A DNA stretch of 64,000 bases from the NCBI GenBank assembly GCA_022820545.1, contig JAJEFG010000108.1, positions 4,122-68,121 of the forward strand, written 5' to 3'. Position numbers and translations under genes: made by a program. Within the stretch, counting starts at the first letter, position 1, and each line of letters begins with the position of its first letter. Shown here in pieces: positions 1 through 9,388 of the stretch. The notes beneath the pieces were generated by a model, which saw nothing but the letters and a program-made list of their open reading frames with translations, was not told the origin of the DNA and ran no database searches. The DNA comes from Acidobacteriota bacterium (lineage in GTDB: Bacteria > Acidobacteriota > Vicinamibacteria > Marinacidobacterales > Marinacidobacteraceae).

Positions 1-647
1 CGGCGGCGCGGACCCGGTGGACGCGGAGCGCTGGAAGGAGCAGTAGCGGCTTCTTCCGGCGCCTGGCCGCCCACGACCGCCCGTGCTTCGCGTGCGGGCG
101 GTGGTTCCCCGGCGGCGAAGGGCGGGACCGCGAGCAGGTCCACCTCGTTCGTGAGCATCCGCTCGCCGTCGAAGACGAACCGGCCCGAGAACGGTTGCCG
201 ACGCAGGAGGAGCGGGAGCCAGACGGCGTCGTCTTCCCACATGCGCCCGTAGGGGATGGACGCGAGGTCCGCCCAGAGCGGGGTCGCCTCGACGGTCGCC
301 TCGGGCTCGCCGGCGAACCCGCCGGCGCGGAACACGTAGACGTGGATCGAGTAGCCGTCCACGAACTGGAAGCGCAGCTCCCCGGCGGGACGGATCCCGG
401 TGGGGCGGATGCGGATCTCCTCCTCCGCCTCGCGGACCGCCGCGGCGCGCGGCGTCTCGCCGGGTTCCAGCCGTCCGCCGGGTCCGTTGACCTTCCCCTG
501 TCCCAGCCCCCGGTGCTTCTCGATCAGCAGGATCCGGCCGTCACGGACCACGAAGAGCAGCGTGGCGCGTTCCTCGGGGGTCCAGCCATCCCAGGAGAAC
601 GCCCGGAGGAACGCCCGCGCCTCGGCGGAGATGCCGTTCTCCGTCAA
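1..647 (-). CDS. NUDIX hydrolase, 3' end runs off the window start; start codon uncertain (possible TTG near 647 overlapping the downstream gene stop)
   Basis: Minus-strand translation of about 380-480 gives a Nudix box '...GGRLEPGETPRAAAVREAEEEIRIRP...' (GX5EX7REUXEEXGU pattern). The frame stays open to position 1. This gene is absent from the ORF track, likely because no ATG start or in-window stop was found. Confidence 0.5.
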   Translation of the reverse strand, partial: MTENGISAEARAFLRAFSWDGWTPEERATLLFVVRDGRILLIEKHRGLGQGKVNGPGGRLEPGETPRAAAVREAEEEIRIRPTGIRPAGELRFQFVDGYSIHVYVFRAGGFAGEPEATVEATPLWADLASIPYGRMWEDDAVWLPLLLRRQPFSGRFVFDGERMLTNEVDLLAVPPFAAGEPPPAREARAVVGGQAPEEAATAPSSAPRPPGPRR

Positions 648-1645
648 CTGCCGTCCCAGCCGACCCCCGAGAGGCGGCCGAGCAGCGACCCCTCGCCCTT
701 GCCGCCGCCGCCCGTCTGCGGCGCCGCCTGGTGGATGCGGCCGGCCAGGCGGCTGAACGGCAGCGACTGCAGCCAGACCCAGCCCGGGCCGGTGAGGCTC
801 GCGAAGAAGAAGCCCTCGCCGCCGAAGATGGCCGACTTGATGCCGCCGACGAACTGGATGTCGTAGTCCACCGAGGGGGCGAGCGCGACGAGACACCCGG
901 TGTCCACCCGCAGGTTCTCGCCGGCGGCCAGTTCCTTCTTGACGACCGTGCCGCCGGCGTGGAGGAAGGCCAGCCCGTCGCCCTCGAGCGACTGCATGAT
1001 GAAGCCCTCGCCGCCGAACAGCGCCGTCCCGATCTTGCGCTGGAACGCGATGCCGATCGAGACGCCCTTGGCGCCGCAGAGGAACGCGTCCTTCTGGGCG
1101 ACGAGCCGGCCGCCCAGCTCGTCGAGCTGGACCGGCAGGATCTTGCCCGGATAGGGCGAGGCGAACGCCACGTGCTGTTTCCCGCCGCCCCGGTTCACGA
1201 ACTCCGTCATGAACAGGCTCTCGCCGGTGAGCAGCCGCTTGCCGGCGCCCAGCATCTTGTCCGTGAAACCCGTCTGGTTCCCGTCGCCGAAGATCGTCTG
1301 CATCTCGATGCCGGCGCTCATGAACATCATGGCGCCCGCTTCGGCCACCGCCCCCTCGCCGGGGTCGAGCTCGACCTCCACGAACTGCATCTCCTCGCCG
1401 TAGATCCGGTAGTCCACCTCGTGCATCCGGCGCGGCGCCGGGGGACGCGGCGGCAGCGAGCCGTTCCCGATGCCGGTCCGCAGTTCCGGGACATCGGAGG
1501 CCGGTGTCCAGGAGCTTTCTCCGACCGGGCACACCAGCGTGCCCGCGGTCCAGCGGCCGGTCTGGAGCGACTGCAGGACGTCGGCGGTGGCGAACGGACC
1601 GAGCGTCCGGCCTCCTTCGGCTACGTACCATTGACTGGTTGACAT
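644..1645 (-). CDS. AIM24-family protein (TIGR00266/DUF124-like) with an N-terminal GYF-like DUF4339 domain
   Basis: ORF 644..1753; internal Met 'MSTSQWYVAEGGRTLGPFATADVLQSLQTGRW' (DUF4339-like) is preceded by AAGGAG on the minus strand. The rest is Gly-rich and AIM24-like (GGEGF..., repeated FGGEGF motifs). Confidence 0.7.
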   Translation of the reverse strand: MSTSQWYVAEGGRTLGPFATADVLQSLQTGRWTAGTLVCPVGESSWTPASDVPELRTGIGNGSLPPRPPAPRRMHEVDYRIYGEEMQFVEVELDPGEGAVAEAGAMMFMSAGIEMQTIFGDGNQTGFTDKMLGAGKRLLTGESLFMTEFVNRGGGKQHVAFASPYPGKILPVQLDELGGRLVAQKDAFLCGAKGVSIGIAFQRKIGTALFGGEGFIMQSLEGDGLAFLHAGGTVVKKELAAGENLRVDTGCLVALAPSVDYDIQFVGGIKSAIFGGEGFFFASLTGPGWVWLQSLPFSRLAGRIHQAAPQTGGGGKGEGSLLGRLSGVGWDGS

Positions 1646-1685
1646 GTTTTCTCCTTTCGCGAACCCCGGCCTGCCCGGCGCGTCC

Positions 1686-1814
1686 TCAGCTCCCTCCGCA
1701 GTGAAACAGGAGGAGTCCGCCGAGGGCGAGCGCCGCCAGGACGATGGGCGCAAGAGCCACTACGAAGTGCCAGCGCTGCGGGTTCGGTCCGCCCGCGTCC
1801 GCCGGCCCGTTCAT
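1686..1814 (-). CDS. small hydrophobic protein (42 aa), hypothetical
   Basis: Internal Met of ORF 1686..1874: 'MNGPADAGGPNPQRWHFVVALAPIVLAALALGGLLLFHCGGS' has one TM helix. It lies directly upstream of the AIM24 gene on the same strand. No clear SD sequence. Confidence 0.25.
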   Translation of the reverse strand: MNGPADAGGPNPQRWHFVVALAPIVLAALALGGLLLFHCGGS

Positions 1815-1879
1815 TGGGGAACCGTAGCAGTCCGGCCACCGCGTCCGGCACCGCGCCGGGCCCCCTGACCCCAACGGAA

Positions 1880-3262
1880 ATGGAGCCTTCGGACGCTTTG
1901 CCGCCGCCTTCCGACCGGCTTCGCGCGGACCTCCTGTCGATTCACCGGGCGGCGCTCCGGGCGGCCGATCCGGAACGGATCCTGGAGCGGGACCTCCGGG
2001 GGGACGCGGCGTCCGGCTGGACCTTCCGGGGCCAGCCCCTGCTGCCTCCCCCGCGGACGGGGGGGGAACCGGTCTTCCTGTTCGGCGCCGGCAAGGCGGC
2101 CGCCGCGCTCGCCCGGGGGGTCCGGCGCGCGCTCGCCGGCGAGGCCGTGCGCGGGCGGATCATCGTGAAGCACGGTCACCGGCTCGAGGTACCCGGGGTG
2201 GTGGTCGAGGAGGCGGGACACCCGGTTCCGGACGCCCACTCGGTGGCGGCGACGAAGCGCCTGCTCGCCGACCTCCGGGAGGCCGGCGGGAGCGGCCGGG
2301 TCCTCGTGCTGCTGACCGGGGGGGCGTCGGCGCTGCTCGTCGCCCCGGCGGCGGGCATCACCCTGGAGGACAAGTCGCGGGTCAGTTCCCTGCTGCTCGC
2401 CTGCGGCGCCGACATCCACGAGATCAACACGGTCCGCAAGCACCTCTCCGCCGTCAAGGGCGGTGGCCTCATCCCCCTGCTGCCGCCGGGGCGGGCCGCG
2501 GCGCTCGTGATCTCCGACGTGATCGGCGACCAGTTGACCTCGATCGGTTCGGGGCCGGCCACGGGGGATCCCACCACGTTCGGCGACGCGCTGGGAGTGC
2601 TCGAGAAGTTCGCCCTGGTGGAGCGGGTTCCGGAAGGGGTGATCCGGCGCTTTCGCGACGGGGTCGCCGGGGCCGTCCCGGAGACGCCCGACGCGCCCGG
2701 CGAGGCGGTTCCCCACCACATCGTGGCCAGCAACTTCCATTCGCTCCGCGCGGCCGAAGCGGAAGCGTCCCGGCTCGGTTATCGCACCGAGGTCTTCGGC
2801 CGGGACCTCGGGGGCGAGGTTCACGAAACCGCCCGGCGGTTCGCGGGCCGGCTGGCCGTCCTTGGTTCGGACCCGGCGCCGGGTGCGCTCCTCGCGGGAG
2901 GAGAGCTGACCCTCCGGGTGACGGGCGACGGGCGCGGCGGACGCAGCCAGGAGTTCGCGCTGGTCGCGGCGGGACATCTGGAGGGGGTTTCCGGCGCCGC
3001 CCTGCTCGCCGCGGGGACCGACGGCACCGACGGCCCCACGGACGCGGCCGGGGCCTTCGCGGACGGAGCGTCCTGGAGCCGGGCGCGGCAGCGGGGCGTC
3101 GACCCGGACACGGCGCTCCGGAACAACGACTCCTGGTCCCTGTTCCGGGCCACGGGGGACCTGCTCGTCACCGGTCCCACCGGGACGAACGTCATGGACC
3201 TCATGGTGGGGCTGACCGCCGGGGGTGAGGTTTCCGGAAGCGGGGAGGGGAACGCGGACTAA
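1880..3262 (+). CDS. glycerate kinase (MOFRL/DUF4147 family, GckA/TtuD-like)
   Basis: Translation 'FLFGAGKAAAALARGV...VLVLLTGGASALL...IHEINTVRKHLSAVKGG...' is characteristic of the glycerate 2-kinase MOFRL family. Start taken at the internal ATG (MEPSDAL). Confidence 0.8.
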   Translation: MEPSDALPPPSDRLRADLLSIHRAALRAADPERILERDLRGDAASGWTFRGQPLLPPPRTGGEPVFLFGAGKAAAALARGVRRALAGEAVRGRIIVKHGHRLEVPGVVVEEAGHPVPDAHSVAATKRLLADLREAGGSGRVLVLLTGGASALLVAPAAGITLEDKSRVSSLLLACGADIHEINTVRKHLSAVKGGGLIPLLPPGRAAALVISDVIGDQLTSIGSGPATGDPTTFGDALGVLEKFALVERVPEGVIRRFRDGVAGAVPETPDAPGEAVPHHIVASNFHSLRAAEAEASRLGYRTEVFGRDLGGEVHETARRFAGRLAVLGSDPAPGALLAGGELTLRVTGDGRGGRSQEFALVAAGHLEGVSGAALLAAGTDGTDGPTDAAGAFADGASWSRARQRGVDPDTALRNNDSWSLFRATGDLLVTGPTGTNVMDLMVGLTAGGEVSGSGEGNAD

Positions 3263-3960
3263 CCCGAACCCCTCCGCTGGTACCGGCGCCCGCGCGAGGC
3301 CGCGGAGCGGTTGCCCACCCGCGCACGCTGCCCGGCGAAGGAAGTCCGGAGCGCCCGCTTGATCCGCGCGATCCGGCGGCCCACGGAGGAAGCGCTGAGC
3401 GGCACCGCCCGCAGGCGCGCGATCTGCGGAATGGTGTAGAGGTCCCGAAAGTAGAGCTGAACCAGGAGCCGGTTCAGCGCGTGCTGCCGATCGTCCTGCG
3501 AGATCCGCCGCAGGACCGTCTCGACGCCCTCGTTCAGCTCGCGCTGCAGAACGGCCGCCTCCGGATCGTCAACGACGTCTTCGGGAGGACTCTCCGCCAG
3601 GGCGGCCTCGAGCCGCCAGATCTCCTCGGGCGGAAACGTCTCCTCGACGCTGTGCCGGTAGCGGTCGTGCCGGAACCGGTCCCGGAGGATGTTCTCCGCG
3701 ATCCGCTGGATGAAGACCTCGAACGCCTCCTCGCGGGTGCCGGCGAAACCGCGGATCACCCGGCGCCCGTCCGAGACGAGCCGCTCCATGACGTCCTGCG
3801 ACAGGTCGTCCAGGGCGCTGTCGTCCATCGGCTGCCGCCCCGCGAAGCGCGCGCGCAGGACCACTCCCAGAAGGGGCCGGCAGCGTCGGAACAGGACTCC
3901 CCAGAGGGGGTCGTCCGGACGCGCCGCGACGAGGCGGCGAATCAGCTCCCAGGAGTCCAT
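3259..3960 (-). CDS. RNA polymerase sigma factor, ECF (sigma-70 regions 2 and 4) family
   Basis: 233 aa with an ECF-like region 2 ('FEVFIQRIAENILRDRFR') and region 4 ('NRLLVQLYFRDLYTIPQIARLRAVPLSASSVGRRIARIKRAL'). It is convergent with glycerate kinase and has no adjacent anti-sigma gene downstream. Confidence 0.8.
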   Translation of the reverse strand: MDSWELIRRLVAARPDDPLWGVLFRRCRPLLGVVLRARFAGRQPMDDSALDDLSQDVMERLVSDGRRVIRGFAGTREEAFEVFIQRIAENILRDRFRHDRYRHSVEETFPPEEIWRLEAALAESPPEDVVDDPEAAVLQRELNEGVETVLRRISQDDRQHALNRLLVQLYFRDLYTIPQIARLRAVPLSASSVGRRIARIKRALRTSFAGQRARVGNRSAASRGRRYQRRGSG

Positions 3961-4046
3961 GAGCAGAGGGAGCCGGGGAGTCTATTGCGTCGTAACTGCT
4001 TCTGAACTCCTTTTTTTGGGGCTTGTTCCGAGTTCGTTACGCCACA

Positions 4047-4454
4047 TTACACCGGAGCGGCCACGCCTTGGCCGCCTCCTCTTCGCGGGGCGGATGCGAG
4101 CAGCGCGACCGTGGTCACGGCGGCCAGGACGCCGTCGGAGGCGGCGAACACCAGGAACAGCGGAGGGGAATCCCGGAGCAGGAAGTCCAGCACGAAGAGC
4201 AGGGCCCCGCCTCCCTTGAGCACGGGTCCCATGATCCAGATGTACCAGCGGTTCGCTTCCAGGTTCCTGAGGATCGCGAAGTACCCGAGGCCGACCGCGA
4301 GCGCGAAGAGCCCGTTCAGGTTCGCGTGGACCGGGAAGCGGGGCGGCTCGGTGCCGAACAGTTGCCGAACCTCCTCCAGCGCGAAGAGGAGCGCGCCGCC
4401 CAGGAGCACGTCGTAGACGCCGCTGACGACGACGACGCCGAGGAGCAACTTCAT
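4047..4454 (-). CDS. small integral membrane protein (about 4 TM), hypothetical; upstream of and co-oriented with the ECF sigma gene
   Basis: 135 aa, strongly hydrophobic segments (MKLLLGVVVVSGVYDVLLGGALLFAL..., GLFALAVGLGYFAIL..., GGGALLFVLDFLL..., LFLVFAASDGVLAAVTTVALLA). Confidence 0.5.
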   Translation of the reverse strand: MKLLLGVVVVSGVYDVLLGGALLFALEEVRQLFGTEPPRFPVHANLNGLFALAVGLGYFAILRNLEANRWYIWIMGPVLKGGGALLFVLDFLLRDSPPLFLVFAASDGVLAAVTTVALLASAPRRGGGQGVAAPV

Positions 4455-4647
4455 CGCCCAAGCGTAACGGCCAGGGACCCCGCGAAGTGCCGCCAGCGCC
4501 CTGTCATCCGCCCATTACAGGCCGTTGGGCCCCGGCTATACTGACTGGCTACCCCGTGTGGAGAACCGCATGCGGCGCCCGGGTATTGGCGGGTTGCGCG
4601 CGCCGCTTCGCGATGGTCCAGGTCCGCGGGGTGCTGCAAGCAGTTCC

Positions 4648-5184
4648 GTGCCGTCCCCGTTCCACTCCACGACCGTCCTGGCCGTCCGCCGCGGCGGAAG
4701 CACGACGCTCGCCGCCGACGGACAGGTCACCCTGGGGGACATCGTGGTGAAGCACGGGGCGCGCAAGCTGCGCCGGATGAGCGAAGGCGCGGTCCTCGCC
4801 GGTTTCGCCGGGGCCACCGCGGACGCCCAGGCGCTGTTCGCCAAGTTCGAGACGAAGCTCGAGGCCCACCGGGGCAACCTCGAACGCGCGTGCGTGGAAC
4901 TCGCGCAGGACTGGCGGACCGACCGGGTGCTCCGCCATCTGGATGCCCTGCTGCTCGTCGCCGACAAGGACCACGTCTTCCTCCTTTCGGGGGACGGCGA
5001 CCTCATGCAGCCCGACGACGGCATCATGGCGATCGGCGCGGGCGCGCCCTTCGCGATGGCGGCGGCGCGCGCCCTCGCGTCCCGGACCGAACTCACCGCC
5101 CGGGAGATCGCGGAGGAGGCGATGCGCGTCACCGGCGGCATCTGCATCTACACGAACGGTCAGGTGATCTACGAAGAGGTGTGA
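4648..5184 (+). CDS. hslV: ATP-dependent protease subunit HslV
   Basis: Conserved HslV sequence 'TTVLAVRRGG..LAADGQVTLGDIVVKHGARKLRR...GFAGATADAQALF...' . The track ORF starts at 4525, but there is no ATG directly before the catalytic Thr; a GTG start around 4648 is likely, exact start uncertain. Confidence 0.85.
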   Translation: MPSPFHSTTVLAVRRGGSTTLAADGQVTLGDIVVKHGARKLRRMSEGAVLAGFAGATADAQALFAKFETKLEAHRGNLERACVELAQDWRTDRVLRHLDALLLVADKDHVFLLSGDGDLMQPDDGIMAIGAGAPFAMAAARALASRTELTAREIAEEAMRVTGGICIYTNGQVIYEEV

Positions 5185-5208
5185 CTTCTGGTCGAGTATC
5201 TACCCGCC

Positions 5209-6627
<1,419 letters not shown>

Positions 6628-6661
6628 CGGCGCTCCGACTGTCGCCGATGGCCGGACCTCG

Positions 6662-8428
6662 ATGAGGACCCTGGCCGCGCTGGCTCTCGTCCTGATCGCC
6701 GCCGCCGGAAGCTGCGGCCGCCGGGGTCCGCCGCTCGCTCCGCTTCAGGTGGACCCGGAAACGCCCCGGGTCCTGCCGCTCCGGCAGGAGAACGGCGCGG
6801 TCGTGGTGCGCTGGCACGCGCCCCGCCTCGACTCCGGGGGGGACCCCGCGGACCTGCGGCTGCGCCGGGCGATCGTGTCCTACCGGGTCCTGGACCTCCA
6901 CGCGCTCGCCGCCGAGGAGCGCGCCTCCCAGCGCCAGCCGCCGGAGGAAACGGACGAAGAGGACCCTGACGCCACCCCGTCCGGTGACGAGGACGCTGCC
7001 GAAGTTTCCGAACCGGAGAGCCCGGTGTCGGAGGAGCCGGCCGCGCCGGACACGGTGGCGCCCGAGACCGGAGAGCCCGCCCCCGGGGAAGAAGCGCCTT
7101 TGCCGGATGCCGGGCCCGCGGAGGCCGCCGAACCGGCGACGGAGGAACCGTCCCCCGAGGCGCCCGCCCCCGAGCAGCCGCCCGTAGCGACGGAGGAACC
7201 GTCCCCCGCCGGCGGGGCGCCCCCGGAGGAAGCGGAAGCGCAGCCGGAGCAGGAACCGGTGCCGGAGGGGGAACCGGAGCAGGACCCGGTGCCGGAGGGG
7301 GAACCGGAGCAGGACCCGGCAACCGACCCGGAGCCCGACGAGACCCAGGAAGAGCCGGACCCCGAAGCACCCGCCGGAGAGGAGCCCGGCGGTGAGACCC
7401 AGGAAGAGCCGGAGCCCGAGGCCGAGCCGGAACCCGAGGGCACCCTCCTCGACTACGAGGAACTCGAGTTCGAGGTGCTCTCCGAGATCGAGTCGGAAGT
7501 GCCCGGGGAGGAACAGGTCCTCGAGCTGCCGGTGGAACCGGACTGGATCGGCCGCCGCCTCGAGGTCACCGTCCGCTACGAGGCGCGCGGGGGCGCCAGC
7601 GAGGAGAGCGAACCCCAGTCCCTCGACGTCACCGGTCCGCTGCCGCTGGTGGAGGGGCTTCTTGTCGAGGTCGGGCCGCGCGAGCTGACCATCCGCTGGC
7701 AGGACCCCCGCGACGCCCTGGGCGAGGCGCTCCTGGCGGACCCCGTGTTCGAGGTCTTCCGGCGGCGCGGAGAGGATTCCGAGCGGGTGGGACGGTCCTT
7801 CGGCCCGAGCCAGACCGACGCCGGCGTCGTCTGGGGGGAGGAGGTCTGCTATCGCGCGCGGCTCGTGGTGGCGGGGGTCGCGGAAGAGCGGGTGATCCCC
7901 GATCCCGGACCCGTCGCGCCGCCCGGCGCCGAGGAGGACGAGGGCGCCGGCGAGCCTCCGGCTCCGGACGAAACCGGCGAGGCGGACGCCCCGGAGACAC
8001 CCGAAGCGGAACCCGGTGATTCCGAGTCCGGGGAGGAGCCGTGGACCCCGATCCCGGTCCGGGTCCCCGGCGCCGGAACCGGGGCGCTGAGCGTCGGACC
8101 GATGTCGGCCGAGGAATGCGTGGTTCCGGTGGACGTCTTCCCGCCGGTCCCGCCTTCGGACCTCCGCCTCTTCTGGCGCAGCGAGGCGACCGAACTCAGT
8201 TGGAGGGACTCGGCCTCCACCGACGTCGCCGGATATCACGTCTACCGCTCCGGACCGGCCGGCGCCGGCTTCCAGCGCCTCACGGAGTCGCTCGTGGAGC
8301 AGACGAGCTATACGGACGCGGAGCGCGATCCGCGGGCCGCCTATCGCTACGCCGTCACGGCGGTGGACGGCGCCGACCCGCCGAACGAGAGCCTGCCCTC
8401 CGACCCCCGCACCGCGAATCCGCGATAA
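6662..8428 (+). CDS. lipoprotein with a long acidic Pro/Glu-rich low-complexity region and C-terminal fibronectin-III-like domain(s), hypothetical
   Basis: Internal ATG (MRTLAALALVLIAAAGSC, lipobox-like) 35 bp after the hslU stop. Residues about 95-260 are dominated by E/P/A/D (EPEQDPVPEGEPEQDP...). The C-terminus reads '...LSWRDSASTDVAGYHVYRS...YRYAVTAVDGADPPNES', which is FN3-like. The track ORF (6428) overlaps hslU, so its N-terminal extension was rejected. Confidence 0.7.
   Translation: MRTLAALALVLIAAAGSCGRRGPPLAPLQVDPETPRVLPLRQENGAVVVRWHAPRLDSGGDPADLRLRRAIVSYRVLDLHALAAEERASQRQPPEETDEEDPDATPSGDEDAAEVSEPESPVSEEPAAPDTVAPETGEPAPGEEAPLPDAGPAEAAEPATEEPSPEAPAPEQPPVATEEPSPAGGAPPEEAEAQPEQEPVPEGEPEQDPVPEGEPEQDPATDPEPDETQEEPDPEAPAGEEPGGETQEEPEPEAEPEPEGTLLDYEELEFEVLSEIESEVPGEEQVLELPVEPDWIGRRLEVTVRYEARGGASEESEPQSLDVTGPLPLVEGLLVEVGPRELTIRWQDPRDALGEALLADPVFEVFRRRGEDSERVGRSFGPSQTDAGVVWGEEVCYRARLVVAGVAEERVIPDPGPVAPPGAEEDEGAGEPPAPDETGEADAPETPEAEPGDSESGEEPWTPIPVRVPGAGTGALSVGPMSAEECVVPVDVFPPVPPSDLRLFWRSEATELSWRDSASTDVAGYHVYRSGPAGAGFQRLTESLVEQTSYTDAERDPRAAYRYAVTAVDGADPPNESLPSDPRTANPR
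7261..7320 (+). repeat. perfect 30-bp tandem duplication inside the acidic lipoprotein gene (encodes PEGEPEQDPV x2)
   Basis: gccggagggggaaccggagcaggacccggt occurs twice in tandem (7261-7290 and 7291-7320), with a degenerate third copy just upstream. Confidence 0.8.
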
Positions 8429-8476
8429 GCGGCCGCGGCGCACACTGGCGGGCCGGCCAGCGGCCGTGAGCGCCTC

Positions 8477-8600
8477 GGAGCGCCGGCCTCCGGCCGGCAT
8501 CGCGCGGGAGCGCGAAACCCGCGCTGATGGCGCTGTCTCGGAGCGCCGGCCTCCGGCCGGCATCGCGCGGGAGCGCGAAACCAGCGCTGATGGCGCTCCG
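8477..8600 (+). repeat. two tandem copies (about 62 bp each) of a GC-rich two-hairpin intergenic repeat (REP-like family)
   Basis: ggagcgccggcctccggccggcatcgcgcgggagcgcgaaac(c/a)cgcgctgatggcgct repeated twice. Hairpin 1 is GCCGGCC-TCC-GGCCGGC and hairpin 2 is GCGCG-GGA-GCGCG followed by GAAAC. The same family recurs at seven other loci. Confidence 0.8.
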
Positions 8601-8727
8601 AGCTCCAGCCGTTCTCGCGACGGCCTGGAACGCCGCGTCACTCGTGCCGCCAACCGGTAGAATTGTGTCGGGGTTTGGGGACCTGGATTCCGGGCCGAAT
8701 TCCGGATTGACGAGGTGCCGGGCGCGC

Positions 8728-9375
8728 ATGCAGATCTTTCTTGACACCGCGAACGTTGACGAGATTTCGCGGGCCGCCGCGATGGGGCTCGTGGACGGGG
8801 TCACGACGAACCCGTCGCTCATGGCGAAGGAGACGGGCGACCCGCGGGAGATCCTGGCCGCGATCGCCGAAACGGTTTCCGGCGACGTCTCGGCGGAGGT
8901 CCTCTCGACCGACACCGCCGGGATGGTGGCCGAAGGCCGCGAGCTCGCGACCATCGCCCCGAACATCATCATCAAGTGCCCGCTGACCCCCGACGGCCTG
9001 CGCGCGGTCCGCGAGCTGAAGGAGGAGGGGATCCGGGTCAACGTGACCCTCTGCTTCAGCGTTCCGCAGGCGCTCTTCGCGGCGAAGGCGGGCGCCTACA
9101 TCGTGAGCCCCTTCGTCGGCCGGCTCGACGACATCTCCGCTCCCGGCATGCAGTTGATCGCGGACATCCGCGAGGTCTACGACAACTACGGCTTCGCCAC
9201 CCGGATCCTGGTCGCCAGCATCCGGAACCCCCTGCACGTCGTGGAGGCGGCGCGGCTGGGAGCCGACATCGCCACCATGCCCGCCAAGGTGCTCGACCTG
9301 CTCATCAGGCATCCGTTGACGGACATCGGCCTCGAGCGTTTCCTGAAGGACTGGGAGGCAGCGAGGGTCACCTGA
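8728..9375 (+). CDS. tal: transaldolase, short form (fructose-6-phosphate aldolase/Tal family)
   Basis: '[13 protein letters not shown]...GVTTNPSL...[32 protein letters not shown]...IVSPFVGR' is a classic short transaldolase. Start at the internal ATG; upstream residues of the track ORF overlap the repeat region. Confidence 0.85.
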   Translation: MQIFLDTANVDEISRAAAMGLVDGVTTNPSLMAKETGDPREILAAIAETVSGDVSAEVLSTDTAGMVAEGRELATIAPNIIIKCPLTPDGLRAVRELKEEGIRVNVTLCFSVPQALFAAKAGAYIVSPFVGRLDDISAPGMQLIADIREVYDNYGFATRILVASIRNPLHVVEAARLGADIATMPAKVLDLLIRHPLTDIGLERFLKDWEAARVT

Positions 9376-9388
9376 TCCTCCGGATCGG

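Noticed and set aside
195-866. 223-aa + strand ORF at the window start
   Set aside because: It is antisense to a clear Nudix-box-containing minus-strand gene and has a Pro/Arg/Gly-rich low-complexity translation.
3982-4544. Overlapping + and - ORFs (159-176 aa) in the sigma-factor/membrane-protein region
   Set aside because: They overlap the better-supported membrane protein (4047..4454) and the divergent promoter region; their translations are Arg-rich and low-complexity.
8477-8600. Tandem repeat considered as a possible CRISPR array
   Set aside because: It has only two units, directly abutting with no unique spacers. The units belong to the dispersed hairpin-repeat family, and there are no cas genes nearby.
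8466-8660. 64-aa ORF '[22 protein letters not shown]...' and similar '[10 protein letters not shown]'-containing ORFs at other loci
   Set aside because: They are generated by the tandem intergenic repeat units (internal duplication visible in the peptide); not protein-coding.
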